A stretch of 50,895 nt of DNA from the IMG/VR virus record IMGVR_UViG_3300023443_000116, positions 1 through 50,895 of that record. One strand, given 5' to 3'. Origin of the DNA: a virus (taxonomy: Duplodnaviria; Caudoviricetes). A model generated the notes under the pieces. It ran no database searches, was not told where the DNA came from, and saw nothing but the letters and a program-made list of their open reading frames with translations. The position numbers and the translations under genes were made by a program. Shown piece after piece: positions 24,080-33,744 of this stretch (within the stretch, counting starts at the first letter, position 1; each line of letters starts with the position of its first letter).

Positions 24080-26731
24080 TTATTTACTTTCCTCCATGAG
24101 TTTCTTAAGTGCGGCCACTGATTCTTCAGGCCCTAGCTGCTCGTTCTCTAACATGCTGGCTATGTCTTGAATCGTAAATCCCAGCGTCCCTATTACGAAG
24201 TTCCAAAATTCCCTATCCGCGACCCTTTTTTCATTCACCCTCAAAAGGGTTTCCAGTTTATTGGGATCGCGTAATATTTTTAACATCGCATCGTCTGTAG
24301 CAACAGGAAAGAACCGTTGTGCTACTCTTATCCTGAAACCCTGACGGTCAAGAGGACCAAAGATCATCTTGCGTGTTGCCCCTATTACTCCAGGCTTCTC
24401 TGCCACACCTCTTGTGAAACTAACTGTCCCCTGAACACCGCTGACTTCTGCGAACCTAGCTAATTCATCTAGGTTCGCAATATGCTCTGGGCCAAAGATT
24501 ATTTCAAGTTCTCTACGGGAGTCACCAGTCAATGCTTTCTTGAGTGCTTCAGGGTTACCAGCGGTGTCTTCCATTAACTGTTGCATTCTTACGCCTCTGA
24601 ATGCTTCAGCCTTGTCACCATCAAGAAGCTCCATCATTCTACGGGCGTTGCTGGGGCTACCCTTTGTGGCTTTCACGGCATCTTCAGGGTCGAATCTTCC
24701 TAACTTGTAGACAAATCCAGTGTTGGGGTTTTTGAAACCGTCAGCATCCCCGCCACCTTGAAGCTCTTGAATTAAACGTTTTTCGTTTTTCTCAATTTGA
24801 ATTAATTCGTCTTGTAGTATGCCAGCATCACGAAAACGAACCATTTCTTCAGGGGTATAAACCTGTTCGAGTGCTTTGCGGTTTCTCGCCATCCAAGTTG
24901 CGTGTTTTACGTTCCCTTCCACGACCTGTTCAGTATATAATCCGTCGAATGCTCTTTTGATGTCATCAACTGCATTTAATTGCGGGAAATCCTCGGCTAC
25001 TCTTAGATAATCTCTCAAATCAGCTTCACTTCTGATTATCTTTCTGAAAACAGCATCGTCGGCTATTTTGAAAGTGCCCCTCTTTCTTTGGAGAATTGCA
25101 CCAACTATTCCTTCATCTATTTTTTCTTTGGCCTGTCGCCACAAAGCATCCTGACTTCTTACGGCTGCTGCTATTTCAGGATCAAGGCCTTTAAGAGCGG
25201 TGTCTCGTGCAGTCTGCAATTCGTCTATCAATTCACCTATTAATCTTTTTTCTCGGACCTTTGCTCCGCCAAGCGGGCTCCCTATTAATCTTGATTGTTC
25301 TTTTAAAGCTGATAGTGCCCTTGAGGTTGCAGAGAACGATACGCTGGGTGAATTACCTGCTTTCAAGGCTTCTTTTACAACCGCTCTGTCTTCTGCCGCA
25401 AGTGATGGGAAAATGTCTTCGTTAAGACGGGCTCTCCATCGTTCCCCAACTGCCTTTAATCCTGAGACATTAACTCTTGTCCCCTCTGGGACTCGTGCTA
25501 AAATCTCATCATATTGTTTTTCTAAAATCTCAAACACTTCATCTCTTCCTTGCTGTAGAACACCTCGGATGTTGGCTCCACCTTCTGCACCAGAAATGCC
25601 AGCAAACTCAGATATCTGTTCATTGACCCTACGGGTCTGCTGCACTGTTGATCTGGAAATTTCATCAACACGCCCCAAATATTGTTGCCGAGCTTCATCA
25701 GTGATTTCTCTACCCACTACTATTGGATCAGCACTGCCATCTATTAGATCAGTCCTGAGCCTAGCTTCTGCTGCTTCTTGTCCCACTCCTCTTTCGAGTT
25801 CTCCTGTCGCTACTTCATCAGTTAATTCAGTGGCACGAAGTCTTGGCCCAGTTACTGGCTCTACTTGTGCTAATCTCTGACCTGCTGAAAACTCCACACC
25901 AGCCGCTTCTTCCAAGGGGGCTACCCGCGCTCTACCTGCTGCCAATCCTTCTGCCGTAACTCCTTCTTTGCCTAATCGGCCTAAAGCTCTGCGTTCCGGG
26001 CTGAGAAGACTTCTAACGCCACGACCAACACTTGGTATAGCTGTAAACCCACCTGCCAACGCTGCTTCGGTTGCTGATCTCTTTAAAATTTCGTTTTCTT
26101 CTGGAGTAATTATTCCCTGTTGTTCCAAAAAAGCTAATTGTGCCGCTCTGGCACCTCCTGCACCCGCAGCAGCCCCACCAATCACACCAAGAGGACTTCT
26201 TGTGGCAACTCCTCCTGCTATAGCGCCGACTATTTCACCAGCAATAACAGGGGCCTCAGCAAGAGCAACGGCAAAGTCGGCTTGGTCAAACCCAGCAGGA
26301 TCAAGTGCTTCAAATTGTCCAGTCTCTGGGTTTTTGAAAACAATTTCGCCCTCAAAGTTGCCTATCTGACTTTCGTCGAGAGCAGCGCCGAATTCAATTC
26401 TAAGCTCTCTTTTCACATCATCTAAGCCACCAAGAGCACCAGCCAATCTTGACCGAACACCGCCGCCTTCTGCTGTTTCAACGTTCTGAAGACCTAAATC
26501 CTCTAATTTCTCTGTCCTAGTGGGCCTACGCTCTACAAGCCCAAATCTGCTTTCACGAAAACGTTTTGTTGGCTCTGGAGTTGCCCGTATTTCTTCTCGA
26601 CCTCTGCCAGGAATTTCAACGAATGTACCGCCAAATTTACTCACAGGTTCTTCCTCAGCCAGAACGCCGCCAAACTTACTTATACTGGGATCAGGAATTC
26701 CTTGGAATTCTACGGGGCCTTTATGTGGCAT
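24080..26731 (-). CDS. Large DNA-ejection/internal virion protein
   Basis: 883 aa, helical, Ala/Gly-rich TM-like segment; third gene of the ejection trio. Confidence 0.7.
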   Translation of the reverse strand: MPHKGPVEFQGIPDPSISKFGGVLAEEEPVSKFGGTFVEIPGRGREEIRATPEPTKRFRESRFGLVERRPTRTEKLEDLGLQNVETAEGGGVRSRLAGALGGLDDVKRELRIEFGAALDESQIGNFEGEIVFKNPETGQFEALDPAGFDQADFAVALAEAPVIAGEIVGAIAGGVATRSPLGVIGGAAAGAGGARAAQLAFLEQQGIITPEENEILKRSATEAALAGGFTAIPSVGRGVRSLLSPERRALGRLGKEGVTAEGLAAGRARVAPLEEAAGVEFSAGQRLAQVEPVTGPRLRATELTDEVATGELERGVGQEAAEARLRTDLIDGSADPIVVGREITDEARQQYLGRVDEISRSTVQQTRRVNEQISEFAGISGAEGGANIRGVLQQGRDEVFEILEKQYDEILARVPEGTRVNVSGLKAVGERWRARLNEDIFPSLAAEDRAVVKEALKAGNSPSVSFSATSRALSALKEQSRLIGSPLGGAKVREKRLIGELIDELQTARDTALKGLDPEIAAAVRSQDALWRQAKEKIDEGIVGAILQRKRGTFKIADDAVFRKIIRSEADLRDYLRVAEDFPQLNAVDDIKRAFDGLYTEQVVEGNVKHATWMARNRKALEQVYTPEEMVRFRDAGILQDELIQIEKNEKRLIQELQGGGDADGFKNPNTGFVYKLGRFDPEDAVKATKGSPSNARRMMELLDGDKAEAFRGVRMQQLMEDTAGNPEALKKALTGDSRRELEIIFGPEHIANLDELARFAEVSGVQGTVSFTRGVAEKPGVIGATRKMIFGPLDRQGFRIRVAQRFFPVATDDAMLKILRDPNKLETLLRVNEKRVADREFWNFVIGTLGFTIQDIASMLENEQLGPEESVAALKKLMEESK

Positions 26732-28065
26732 TATCTTTTCTCAAATATTGGGCCATCAGGTGTTTCCCTGAATAAGGTCCCAGGCGGAAGTGCATCAAAC
26801 TCGTCCTGAGTTGTAATTAATTGAGCCTCCTGATCTCTGGTAGTCGCTTCCAAATCAACACCAAAATCTCTAAGAAATTGTTCTCTATTAAATTGTTGAC
26901 GTTGGTCTGCTGGCAAACTCCTCTGTTGAGATTGGAATATAGTCTCGGTTGTGTCTAACGAGAATCGGTCTATTTCATCAAATGCAGCTAACATTTGGCT
27001 TTCACTACCGCTTGTCATTGCGGAAAGTTGTTGGGCTAATCTCGCATCAAAATCTGATGGTCTTGCCCCACCATTGAGCATTACAGCTAAAGCTCCTGTC
27101 AAACGAACCAAATTAGTTTTAAATCCTTGGCTTTCGGCAGCAAATCTACCAAATCTTCCTTCGTCTTCCAAGCGTTTGACAACATCTGGTGAGAAGTCTC
27201 CTTCAAGAAGTTGTCCCGCTTGTTGAAATTGCGATACTATAGTGTCGCCCAACCGTGCAAGAGTCCCCACAATACCAGTTGTTACACCGCCCTCAGCCAA
27301 CTGTTCTCTTAATCTGGCAGTAGTTTTAAGGGTGTTAGCTGTAGATTCTTCTGATTCTCTCAGCCTTATGTTTTCAGTGCCTACTTGAGTTTTTGTTAAA
27401 CCCGTTGGGGATATACCTGCGCCCGGCAAGTCAATATTTGGTGCTCTTGTCGCAATAAATCCTTGAGATTCAAGTCGCCTTGCTTTTTCTGAACCAGGTT
27501 GAGCAGTATCAATCTCTTGTTCTCCAGTGTCTGTAAATCTAATAAAGGGTACGGCCCCTTGGTTTACTTCATCAAATATCGTGGCAATCTTATCAGACTG
27601 AAAAATAAACCCGTTTAATTGTTGTGTGTTTTTTGTGGTAGGGATTTGGTCTTCTGGTATTCCTGCGTCAAGCGCTTGCTGTATAAACGTGTCAGGAATA
27701 GGGCCACCCTCAGGAATACTCTGGTCATCCAAAACAGCCCCAGCTAGACCACTTAATACTCGGGACCTTCGCGCACCAGCAGCCCTCTCCTCTACACTAG
27801 CTTTAACATTGAAATCCAATAAATTTTTACCTGCTTCAGGGTCAAGTCTAAATACCTGCTCTGTCGCTGCTGTTGCCGCCTCATCGTTATCTCCCAATGC
27901 TATGCCTGTAAATTTAGCTATTTCCACTTGTTTTTGTCTATTCTGTCTGAAAGCATTTAAATTTTCCTGCGCTATATCAAAGTTAAGGGCATTGGTTTTG
28001 GCTTGTTGAACCTGGCCAAAGACTCCAGCAATATTTACATCTGTAATGTTAAATGGGCCTGCCAT
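26731..28065 (-). CDS. DNA-ejection protein (P22 gp20-like position)
   Basis: Gln-rich helical protein; G...SD.D motif; synteny. Confidence 0.65.
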   Translation of the reverse strand: MAGPFNITDVNIAGVFGQVQQAKTNALNFDIAQENLNAFRQNRQKQVEIAKFTGIALGDNDEAATAATEQVFRLDPEAGKNLLDFNVKASVEERAAGARRSRVLSGLAGAVLDDQSIPEGGPIPDTFIQQALDAGIPEDQIPTTKNTQQLNGFIFQSDKIATIFDEVNQGAVPFIRFTDTGEQEIDTAQPGSEKARRLESQGFIATRAPNIDLPGAGISPTGLTKTQVGTENIRLRESEESTANTLKTTARLREQLAEGGVTTGIVGTLARLGDTIVSQFQQAGQLLEGDFSPDVVKRLEDEGRFGRFAAESQGFKTNLVRLTGALAVMLNGGARPSDFDARLAQQLSAMTSGSESQMLAAFDEIDRFSLDTTETIFQSQQRSLPADQRQQFNREQFLRDFGVDLEATTRDQEAQLITTQDEFDALPPGTLFRETPDGPIFEKR

Positions 28066-28068
28066 CTA

Positions 28069-28689
28069 TCAACCTCCTGGCGTTGCCGGGTTGAACAAAC
28101 CCTGTTGATTAGCAAGAGCCACAAATAAAGCATTGTTTAATCCGGTGTTAACAGAAGAACCTATATTAGTAGCCTGATTTGCTCTGGCCTGACCTGCGAA
28201 TACGTCTGTTTGCGCCACACCTTGTCCGGTTTGAAGAGCCGCTTTACTGGTAAATGCAGCAGAACTCTGGCCCAACTGAGAAATAGCAAACAAAGGATTA
28301 GTCGCCTGTGCAATATTTGTAGAAGCCAAACCCTGATTAAACCTGAGAGCTTCCTTTATAGCTGCGCCAGAAAGAAAGTTTCCCCTAGCCGCCTGCGCCC
28401 TGCCCAAACCTTGCTCACCCTGCTCTCTCAGGAATTCGATACCAGGAAGCTGTAGTAATTTGCTTGTATCTCCTCCTACAAAAATATCACTCAATAGCCC
28501 CAAGGCACCTGTACCAGCTTCAATAAATGGTTTGTTAAGTTCTACAGCAGTTTCAAAGAACTCGCGTTGAGTTTCTGCTGCCGTAGCAGCGGCTTTCTCC
28601 TGTGCTTTGGCGGCTTTGCTTCCGGTGATGATGCTAGTTGCGGCACCAGCGACTGCTGTTACCCCGGCTACGATTGCTAAAGGAGGCAT
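28069..28689 (-). CDS. DNA-transfer protein (P22 gp7-like)
   Basis: PF...G..AL; PG..F...QG......AARG...SGA..K....F.QGLAS. Confidence 0.8.
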   Translation of the reverse strand: MPPLAIVAGVTAVAGAATSIITGSKAAKAQEKAAATAAETQREFFETAVELNKPFIEAGTGALGLLSDIFVGGDTSKLLQLPGIEFLREQGEQGLGRAQAARGNFLSGAAIKEALRFNQGLASTNIAQATNPLFAISQLGQSSAAFTSKAALQTGQGVAQTDVFAGQARANQATNIGSSVNTGLNNALFVALANQQGLFNPATPGG

Positions 28690-29111
28690 TTCAAATCCTT
28701 AATGTAAAAGTTTCCCATGTTTTCAAATCCTCTTTTTTCATAGAAGTTTTTCGTTGTTTCGGGTTTCATATTGTCCAGTGTGGACATACACAAATAGCAA
28801 TCTCCTAATTGCTTAACAGCTTCATTGTAGACCAAGACCATCCCTCTCGGGCTTCCCCACCAGAACAGTTCATTGGCTATTTTCTCGTTCTCATTCCAAC
28901 ACACCGTTGTTATTACAGCCCCGAAGAAAGCTACTATATCTTCTTCAACAGCAACAATCAGACAGCCGTTCCTAATCAATCCAGCGAGACATCTAATTAT
29001 CGAATTATAATCATATTCTGTTTTCTCAGCATATCTTGTATGTGAATAAAATTCTTTCCCCATTAAAGCCAGTTCAGGTATATCTTCCGGCAGAGCTTTT
29101 CTTACAATCAT
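28677..29111 (-). CDS. GNAT-fold virion assembly protein
   Basis: IRKA...DIP...ELFWW...FYEKRGF. Confidence 0.75.
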   Translation of the reverse strand: MIVRKALPEDIPELALMGKEFYSHTRYAEKTEYDYNSIIRCLAGLIRNGCLIVAVEEDIVAFFGAVITTVCWNENEKIANELFWWGSPRGMVLVYNEAVKQLGDCYLCMSTLDNMKPETTKNFYEKRGFENMGNFYIKDLKCLL

Positions 29112-29869
29112 GAGGTCACTGCTCCAAATATAGTTCCGGTCCCTCCTACGCTTACAGTGTGGCCGCTTTTCTTTATCGCGATACCAGAATTTCCCTTAGC
29201 ACCACCAGTAGCTTGTCCTGCATCCCCGACAGTTCCATCAACTCCTCTGTTGCCACCAGCCCCTCCTGCTCCTGAATCAACATCTGCTGCGCCACCAGCG
29301 CCACCAGTTGTATCTCCTCCAACACTGCCAGGATTTCCTTGTGCTGAAGCTCCTCCTGCTCCGTTACGAGCCCCGCCTCCTCCTCCGCCTCCACTTCTTA
29401 GACCAGTAGAACCTCCGCCACCTCCACCTCCTCCTCCACCACCTGCGGAAATAATACCATTATTAGTGATTGTCCCCGGAACATTATTCGCAGTATTGAA
29501 CCCTATAACATCTTGCCCGTTGCCACCGGGTAATCCATTTTGTGCAGTTGCGGTATCACCTGAACCTCCATCACCACCTCCGCCTCCGAAAGCCCGCAAT
29601 TCAACTGCGTTAGCTATTACAGATGTTAAATTAGACTTCCCGCCATCATTAGGGATAGTTCCAGTTCTAATCAAAGAGACACCAGTGAGAGTGCCATTTT
29701 GAGTAACGTTATAATTAACCGTAAGAATTAAATCATCTGCGCCATTCCATCCATCAGCCGTGGCTAGTCCTCTCCAAGTGTGTTCACCTAAATCAGAGGA
29801 AACTGTAACGGTGTGAGTTGCTACGGGGATAAATGCAGAGGCCAGTATCCCTGGTATTGATGGTATCAT
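29108..29869 (-). CDS. Glycine-rich receptor-binding protein (gp38-adhesin-like polyglycine)
   Basis: GGGGGDGG and ITNNGIISAGGGGGGG motifs. Confidence 0.7.
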   Translation of the reverse strand: MIPSIPGILASAFIPVATHTVTVSSDLGEHTWRGLATADGWNGADDLILTVNYNVTQNGTLTGVSLIRTGTIPNDGGKSNLTSVIANAVELRAFGGGGGDGGSGDTATAQNGLPGGNGQDVIGFNTANNVPGTITNNGIISAGGGGGGGGGGGSTGLRSGGGGGGGARNGAGGASAQGNPGSVGGDTTGGAGGAADVDSGAGGAGGNRGVDGTVGDAGQATGGAKGNSGIAIKKSGHTVSVGGTGTIFGAVTS

Positions 29870-30285
29870 GCTGCTGCCAGATGCCCAATAAGAGATATCT
29901 CAGTTGTAGAAATCTTCTCCCAAGCTATCTGTGACCATTGTTCTTTTGTTTTTGCTGAAAAAGAAGCGGGGAATCTCAAATTAGTTCCTGTTGCAGCAGC
30001 GATAGTAATCTGCCCTGAACCCTGTTGCATTATAATTCCTTGGTCACCCGTGATGTGATTCTTTGCATCCAAGGTAAAAGTTTTAGCAACAGAGCCAGTT
30101 AGGAAGATAGTTTTGCCGCCATCTGTGGTTACAAGAGTATAAGCTGCGGTTTTTTCCGTGCGCCCGCGAGATGATTTTTTCGCTAAATCCGTAGAAGGAT
30201 TGTTTTCAAGTGTATCCCTTACCAGTTGAAACCACTTTATCATGGCAAGCGGATCGTCTGGTGTCGCAGGAGCTATCTTTATCAT
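29866..30285 (-). CDS. Tail needle/adaptor protein
   Basis: W...WF..V N-terminus after the hub gene; C-terminal domain shared with 23056..24042. Confidence 0.6.
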   Translation of the reverse strand: MIKIAPATPDDPLAMIKWFQLVRDTLENNPSTDLAKKSSRGRTEKTAAYTLVTTDGGKTIFLTGSVAKTFTLDAKNHITGDQGIIMQQGSGQITIAAATGTNLRFPASFSAKTKEQWSQIAWEKISTTEISLIGHLAAA

Positions 30286-31631
30286 TCAATCTCAATCCAA
30301 CCTCCGCTTATCCGTCTTGGTGTATTAGAAGATATGGCAAACTCAACATGAACCTGTCTGTCAAGCTGACCGAACTTTCTCAAAATAGCTCTTTTATTAA
30401 ATTCGCCTATTTTCCCGTAACTTACTGTTCTTGGTTGTGACCAGCTTCTTCCGTCTGCTGATACCCTCATCATGACAAACCCCTCATCAGGCCCCTCTCC
30501 AGAATCCAGATCACATTCAATCGAATTGATTGACGCACGTTCACGATTAAGCTGAACAGGAGGAAATCTTACAATCGAGATAACATCTGCCCCGGAATCC
30601 TGAAAAACATCTGGTGAAGCAAAGTAAATCTGGCCCGTTAATCTATCCCCCACCAAAGTCCGGCCAAAAGCTTTGATAACCATCTGACCTGTCCATCTGT
30701 CTCCATCAGTCTCCCAATCGGCCCATAATCCAGTTGCAAGATCATAAACCAGTGTAGCTTCAGGAAAAGACAGAATATAAAATTTCTGGTTCTCATTGTC
30801 CATAAACTGACCGACTGCACTGGACTTTGAAAATCCTGCAATCCTGGTAGCAATAGCAGGAGTAGTTATGCTGACTGGAGTAAAGCCATTAAATCTATAA
30901 ACTATCCCATCATCACCAAGAAAGAATATCGTATTATCTTCCTTTGCTACCGAAAATCTTGCTCCCAATCCTCGCTCAATAACGATATCATTCAAAGGGG
31001 CAAACGGGAAATCAACATCTCCTGAGTTATAGTAAACCTGGATTGTCTTCTCACCAAACAACCATAGCCATCTGTGATTTGATTCTGCCGCTACCAAATC
31101 GTCGGGGTCGCTTTCAGCGGTTGCAAAGTCTAAAGCGTTGTAAGACAAAAAATCCAGTTGAGTTGAAATCTGAAATTTAGCTGAATTTGGTTTTGTTACA
31201 ATTCCGAAGGTATCAAGATAGGTAAACGTAGTGGCTCCCACAAAGGCGTCAGACGTTATCTCTGTTAAATCTGTTGCAGTTGCTACCCAACCACTGTCAT
31301 CAGCGGCTATACCCACCTGTGCGCCGTTCTCGGCCATAGATACAGGACCAGTACCTCTTATATTGCCCAAAAGCGTAGCAACCATGTTTACAACAATATA
31401 AACTCCCAAGCCTGAAACAAGAAATAAATCTCCCCCCATCTTGATAAACCCGCGAATAGGGCCATCCCCAACATTTAACCAATTTGAAAGCATGGGACGG
31501 TTTAAAAGCAATGCAGGACTCTTGGAAGTAGGAGAACCGGGCTCAATATAAAGATTGATTAACTTTTCAACCGTAAATTCCTTACTTTTGCCGTCCGATG
31601 ACTGAATGGATAAAGGTAATCTTCTAGCCAT
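30282..31631 (-). CDS. Tail hub / DNA stabilization protein (P22 gp10-like)
   Basis: INLY.E; GPIRG; ALDFATAES.PD; LFGEKTI..Y.NSG..DFPF; S.DG..W...G.IGE. Confidence 0.9.
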   Translation of the reverse strand: MARRLPLSIQSSDGKSKEFTVEKLINLYIEPGSPTSKSPALLLNRPMLSNWLNVGDGPIRGFIKMGGDLFLVSGLGVYIVVNMVATLLGNIRGTGPVSMAENGAQVGIAADDSGWVATATDLTEITSDAFVGATTFTYLDTFGIVTKPNSAKFQISTQLDFLSYNALDFATAESDPDDLVAAESNHRWLWLFGEKTIQVYYNSGDVDFPFAPLNDIVIERGLGARFSVAKEDNTIFFLGDDGIVYRFNGFTPVSITTPAIATRIAGFSKSSAVGQFMDNENQKFYILSFPEATLVYDLATGLWADWETDGDRWTGQMVIKAFGRTLVGDRLTGQIYFASPDVFQDSGADVISIVRFPPVQLNRERASINSIECDLDSGEGPDEGFVMMRVSADGRSWSQPRTVSYGKIGEFNKRAILRKFGQLDRQVHVEFAISSNTPRRISGGWIEIE

Positions 31632-32304
31632 CTGGCTGCAAGAAGACGGACGCGCCTTCTTCGTCCCACATAGAAACACCTGCTTTCAGTACAGCGGCCC
31701 TTGATACAAGATGATTGGTCAGTCCGCCATATTCATCTCCCAAGAACTCCGCCAGATTATAACTTAAGGCCATAAACCACTCCTGCGGGAAATCGGGACT
31801 GTCAGTCGAAGCATCAAAGTCTTCTATAGACCGCGCAAAAGTAAATTTGAAAGACCCGCTATTTCCTGAAGCTAATGTGGGCCAGACAAAAAGTTTTCCC
31901 GTAGTTAATTGAGGAGTATAGTAGAAGTTAGTGGGTATTCCTGTTGAAGATTTTAGGCTTAATTCAAAGTATTCCTGTCTTGAGTAGTGGTTCATAGGAA
32001 TGTCGCCAGAAGTCTGGGAAAACTGCATATCAATAATTCTCAAAGGTCTTACGGTGAAATTCCCAGAAGGTCCCATGGTATAGGATTCCTGTGATGTTAC
32101 TGCTGTAAGCGTTCCTCTGGTTTCAATCCATAAATCAGTGTCCTTTTGCCAATCCTTTACAAGAATATTCAATGCCTGTGAGCCCCTTACAACCATATCA
32201 GAAGATAACGCTTCACCTTCAGCGCCTATTTTTAATAGAGAAAAGGCCCTTGTAATGATGTCATCTCTTGTCATTGAGAAATCAGTTGAGCCGCTTGTTG
32301 CCAT
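31624..32304 (-). CDS. Head-tail adaptor (P22 gp4 / tail tubular A-like)
   Basis: MATSGS..F...RDDII..A; G.P..FYY; DFPQEW..AL.Y.LA. Confidence 0.85.
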   Translation of the reverse strand: MATSGSTDFSMTRDDIITRAFSLLKIGAEGEALSSDMVVRGSQALNILVKDWQKDTDLWIETRGTLTAVTSQESYTMGPSGNFTVRPLRIIDMQFSQTSGDIPMNHYSRQEYFELSLKSSTGIPTNFYYTPQLTTGKLFVWPTLASGNSGSFKFTFARSIEDFDASTDSPDFPQEWFMALSYNLAEFLGDEYGGLTNHLVSRAAVLKAGVSMWDEEGASVFLQPDG

Positions 32305-33137
32305 TATATCCTCGGATTGTTAACTGTTGAAGTTGTCGTTGAAATATAGTTCCCAGGATTACCACTTTTGTCATACGCTCCCCACAAAAAAAGAGCCGCA
32401 GAAGAATCTCCTACATAAGAAGTCCCTAAATCAGCATCAGTGACCTGGAATACTCCTGTTGTAGCGGTTCCTGTCGTTGAAGGAATGCCTGTAGCAGTAC
32501 AGCGATACCATATATCGTCAAGGATTGTTCTTCGCTCTATCCTTCCCGCCGCAAGAGTAGCTGTTCCTGAGTTGGTAGCAGAACCTACAGACCCATCGCT
32601 CAAGTTAAACCAGACATTTATCCGATTAGAAGAATTACCGGTTTCATAAGCCTTGATTAGTAAAAAGGACCGCGAACCTTTTTTAGCCTCAACACTAACG
32701 GTCAAAGCTGACTGCGGATTTAAAACAGAACTCTGCTCTAAACTGTGTTCGCCATTGGTAATGTCATCGATAAGAGAATCAGCAGTACTCTGGCCATCCG
32801 AAGCCGCTATTGAATCAGCAACAACGGTTGAATTGGTTTTAGTCCAGCTTGCATTATCAAAGGTTTCAGACTGAAGAAACAGATTAACGCCAATAAAGAC
32901 ATCGGCAGGAGGAGGACGTACAGGTTTTACTGATTGTTTGTCTTTCCTTCCTTTCAAAGAAAGCTGAGGGTGTTTTGCCTCCCAGTTGTCTTTATGAACC
33001 CAAAATCCGTCCCAAGTCTTTTTAGCCTCTGATCGGCGCATTTTCTCACCAGTAAGATCATCTATCATCCAATAATCTTGCTTCCTATAATGATCTCCGT
33101 GAGTCAGAGAAGTATCAATTACGGAGCTTTTACTCAT
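32304..33137 (-). CDS. Conserved small virion protein fused to a head-spike/carbohydrate-binding-like domain
   Basis: W.G.WV....WE.KHPQ...RP N-terminus, then NLFLQSETFDNASWTK...WYRC...LWGA. Confidence 0.7.
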   Translation of the reverse strand: MSKSSVIDTSLTHGDHYRKQDYWMIDDLTGEKMRRSEAKKTWDGFWVHKDNWEAKHPQLSLKGRKDKQSVKPVRPPPADVFIGVNLFLQSETFDNASWTKTNSTVVADSIAASDGQSTADSLIDDITNGEHSLEQSSVLNPQSALTVSVEAKKGSRSFLLIKAYETGNSSNRINVWFNLSDGSVGSATNSGTATLAAGRIERRTILDDIWYRCTATGIPSTTGTATTGVFQVTDADLGTSYVGDSSAALFLWGAYDKSGNPGNYISTTTSTVNNPRI

Positions 33138-33640
33138 GACGCTCTCGCAAACTTACCAAAATGTCTCTGTGCGGCTTCAAAATAGGCTATATGAGCTGCT
33201 TCTGGTGTATCAAAGTAGCCAAGATGAATGGGTTTTTGCTGTACCCTGATGCTTGCACGATAGCGCCCACTACGCTTTACAAATGTCACTCCTTTAAACC
33301 CGGTAGTATTATCTGATCTAAGTTTTTGATTGGCCGCGTTTTGTGCTTGATTTGCCTCGCGTAAGTTATTCCAACGATTGTTAAGGCCGTCCCCATCCTT
33401 ATGATCTACGCCTTTTATTGGCCATGTACCTGTCATATAAAAAAACGCAAGACGGTGAGCATAATAAAGAGTGTCATCAATTCTGATTTGAACACGCTGA
33501 CGCTGAAAACCTTTTAAAATAGAACCAGCAATATCTCCGCATCGTGCGCCCCCTCCGCGATTTTTATTCCATACAAAAATTCCAGCATCAGGGTAATATT
33601 CCAGAACTTCTTTCAGTCGTTGCTGAGTTAATCGGCTCAT
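33134..33640 (-). CDS. HNH-AP2 homing endonuclease
   Basis: AHRLAF.YMTG.WP...VDH.DG...NN.W.NLR; SDNTTGFKGV; HLGYFDTPE.A..AY. Confidence 0.93.
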   Translation of the reverse strand: MSRLTQQRLKEVLEYYPDAGIFVWNKNRGGGARCGDIAGSILKGFQRQRVQIRIDDTLYYAHRLAFFYMTGTWPIKGVDHKDGDGLNNRWNNLREANQAQNAANQKLRSDNTTGFKGVTFVKRSGRYRASIRVQQKPIHLGYFDTPEAAHIAYFEAAQRHFGKFARAS

Positions 33641-33657
33641 TTCTTTTCCTTCTTTTT

Positions 33658-33744
33658 TCATTGATGACTTATACTAAGGAATTCTGAGCGTTCTGTAAAC
33701 CAATCGCCATGCGTTAAACTGGTATCTATAGGCCCTCTACTCAT
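33658..33744 (-). pseudogene. Orphaned original 5' end of gene 32304..33137 (MSRGPIDTSLTHGDW...)
   Basis: Encodes IDTSLTHGD, identical to residues 7-15 of the downstream gene. Confidence 0.75.
33671..33699 (-). promoter_or_regulatory. Promoter for the HNH-AP2 gene
   Basis: TTTACA-N17-TAGTAT. Confidence 0.5.

Noticed and set aside
29157-29702. Pro-rich plus-strand ORF, and other long antisense ORFs such as 34821..35672, 25200..25880 and 23423..23956
   Set aside because: They are shadow frames of Gly/Ala/Thr-rich minus-strand genes
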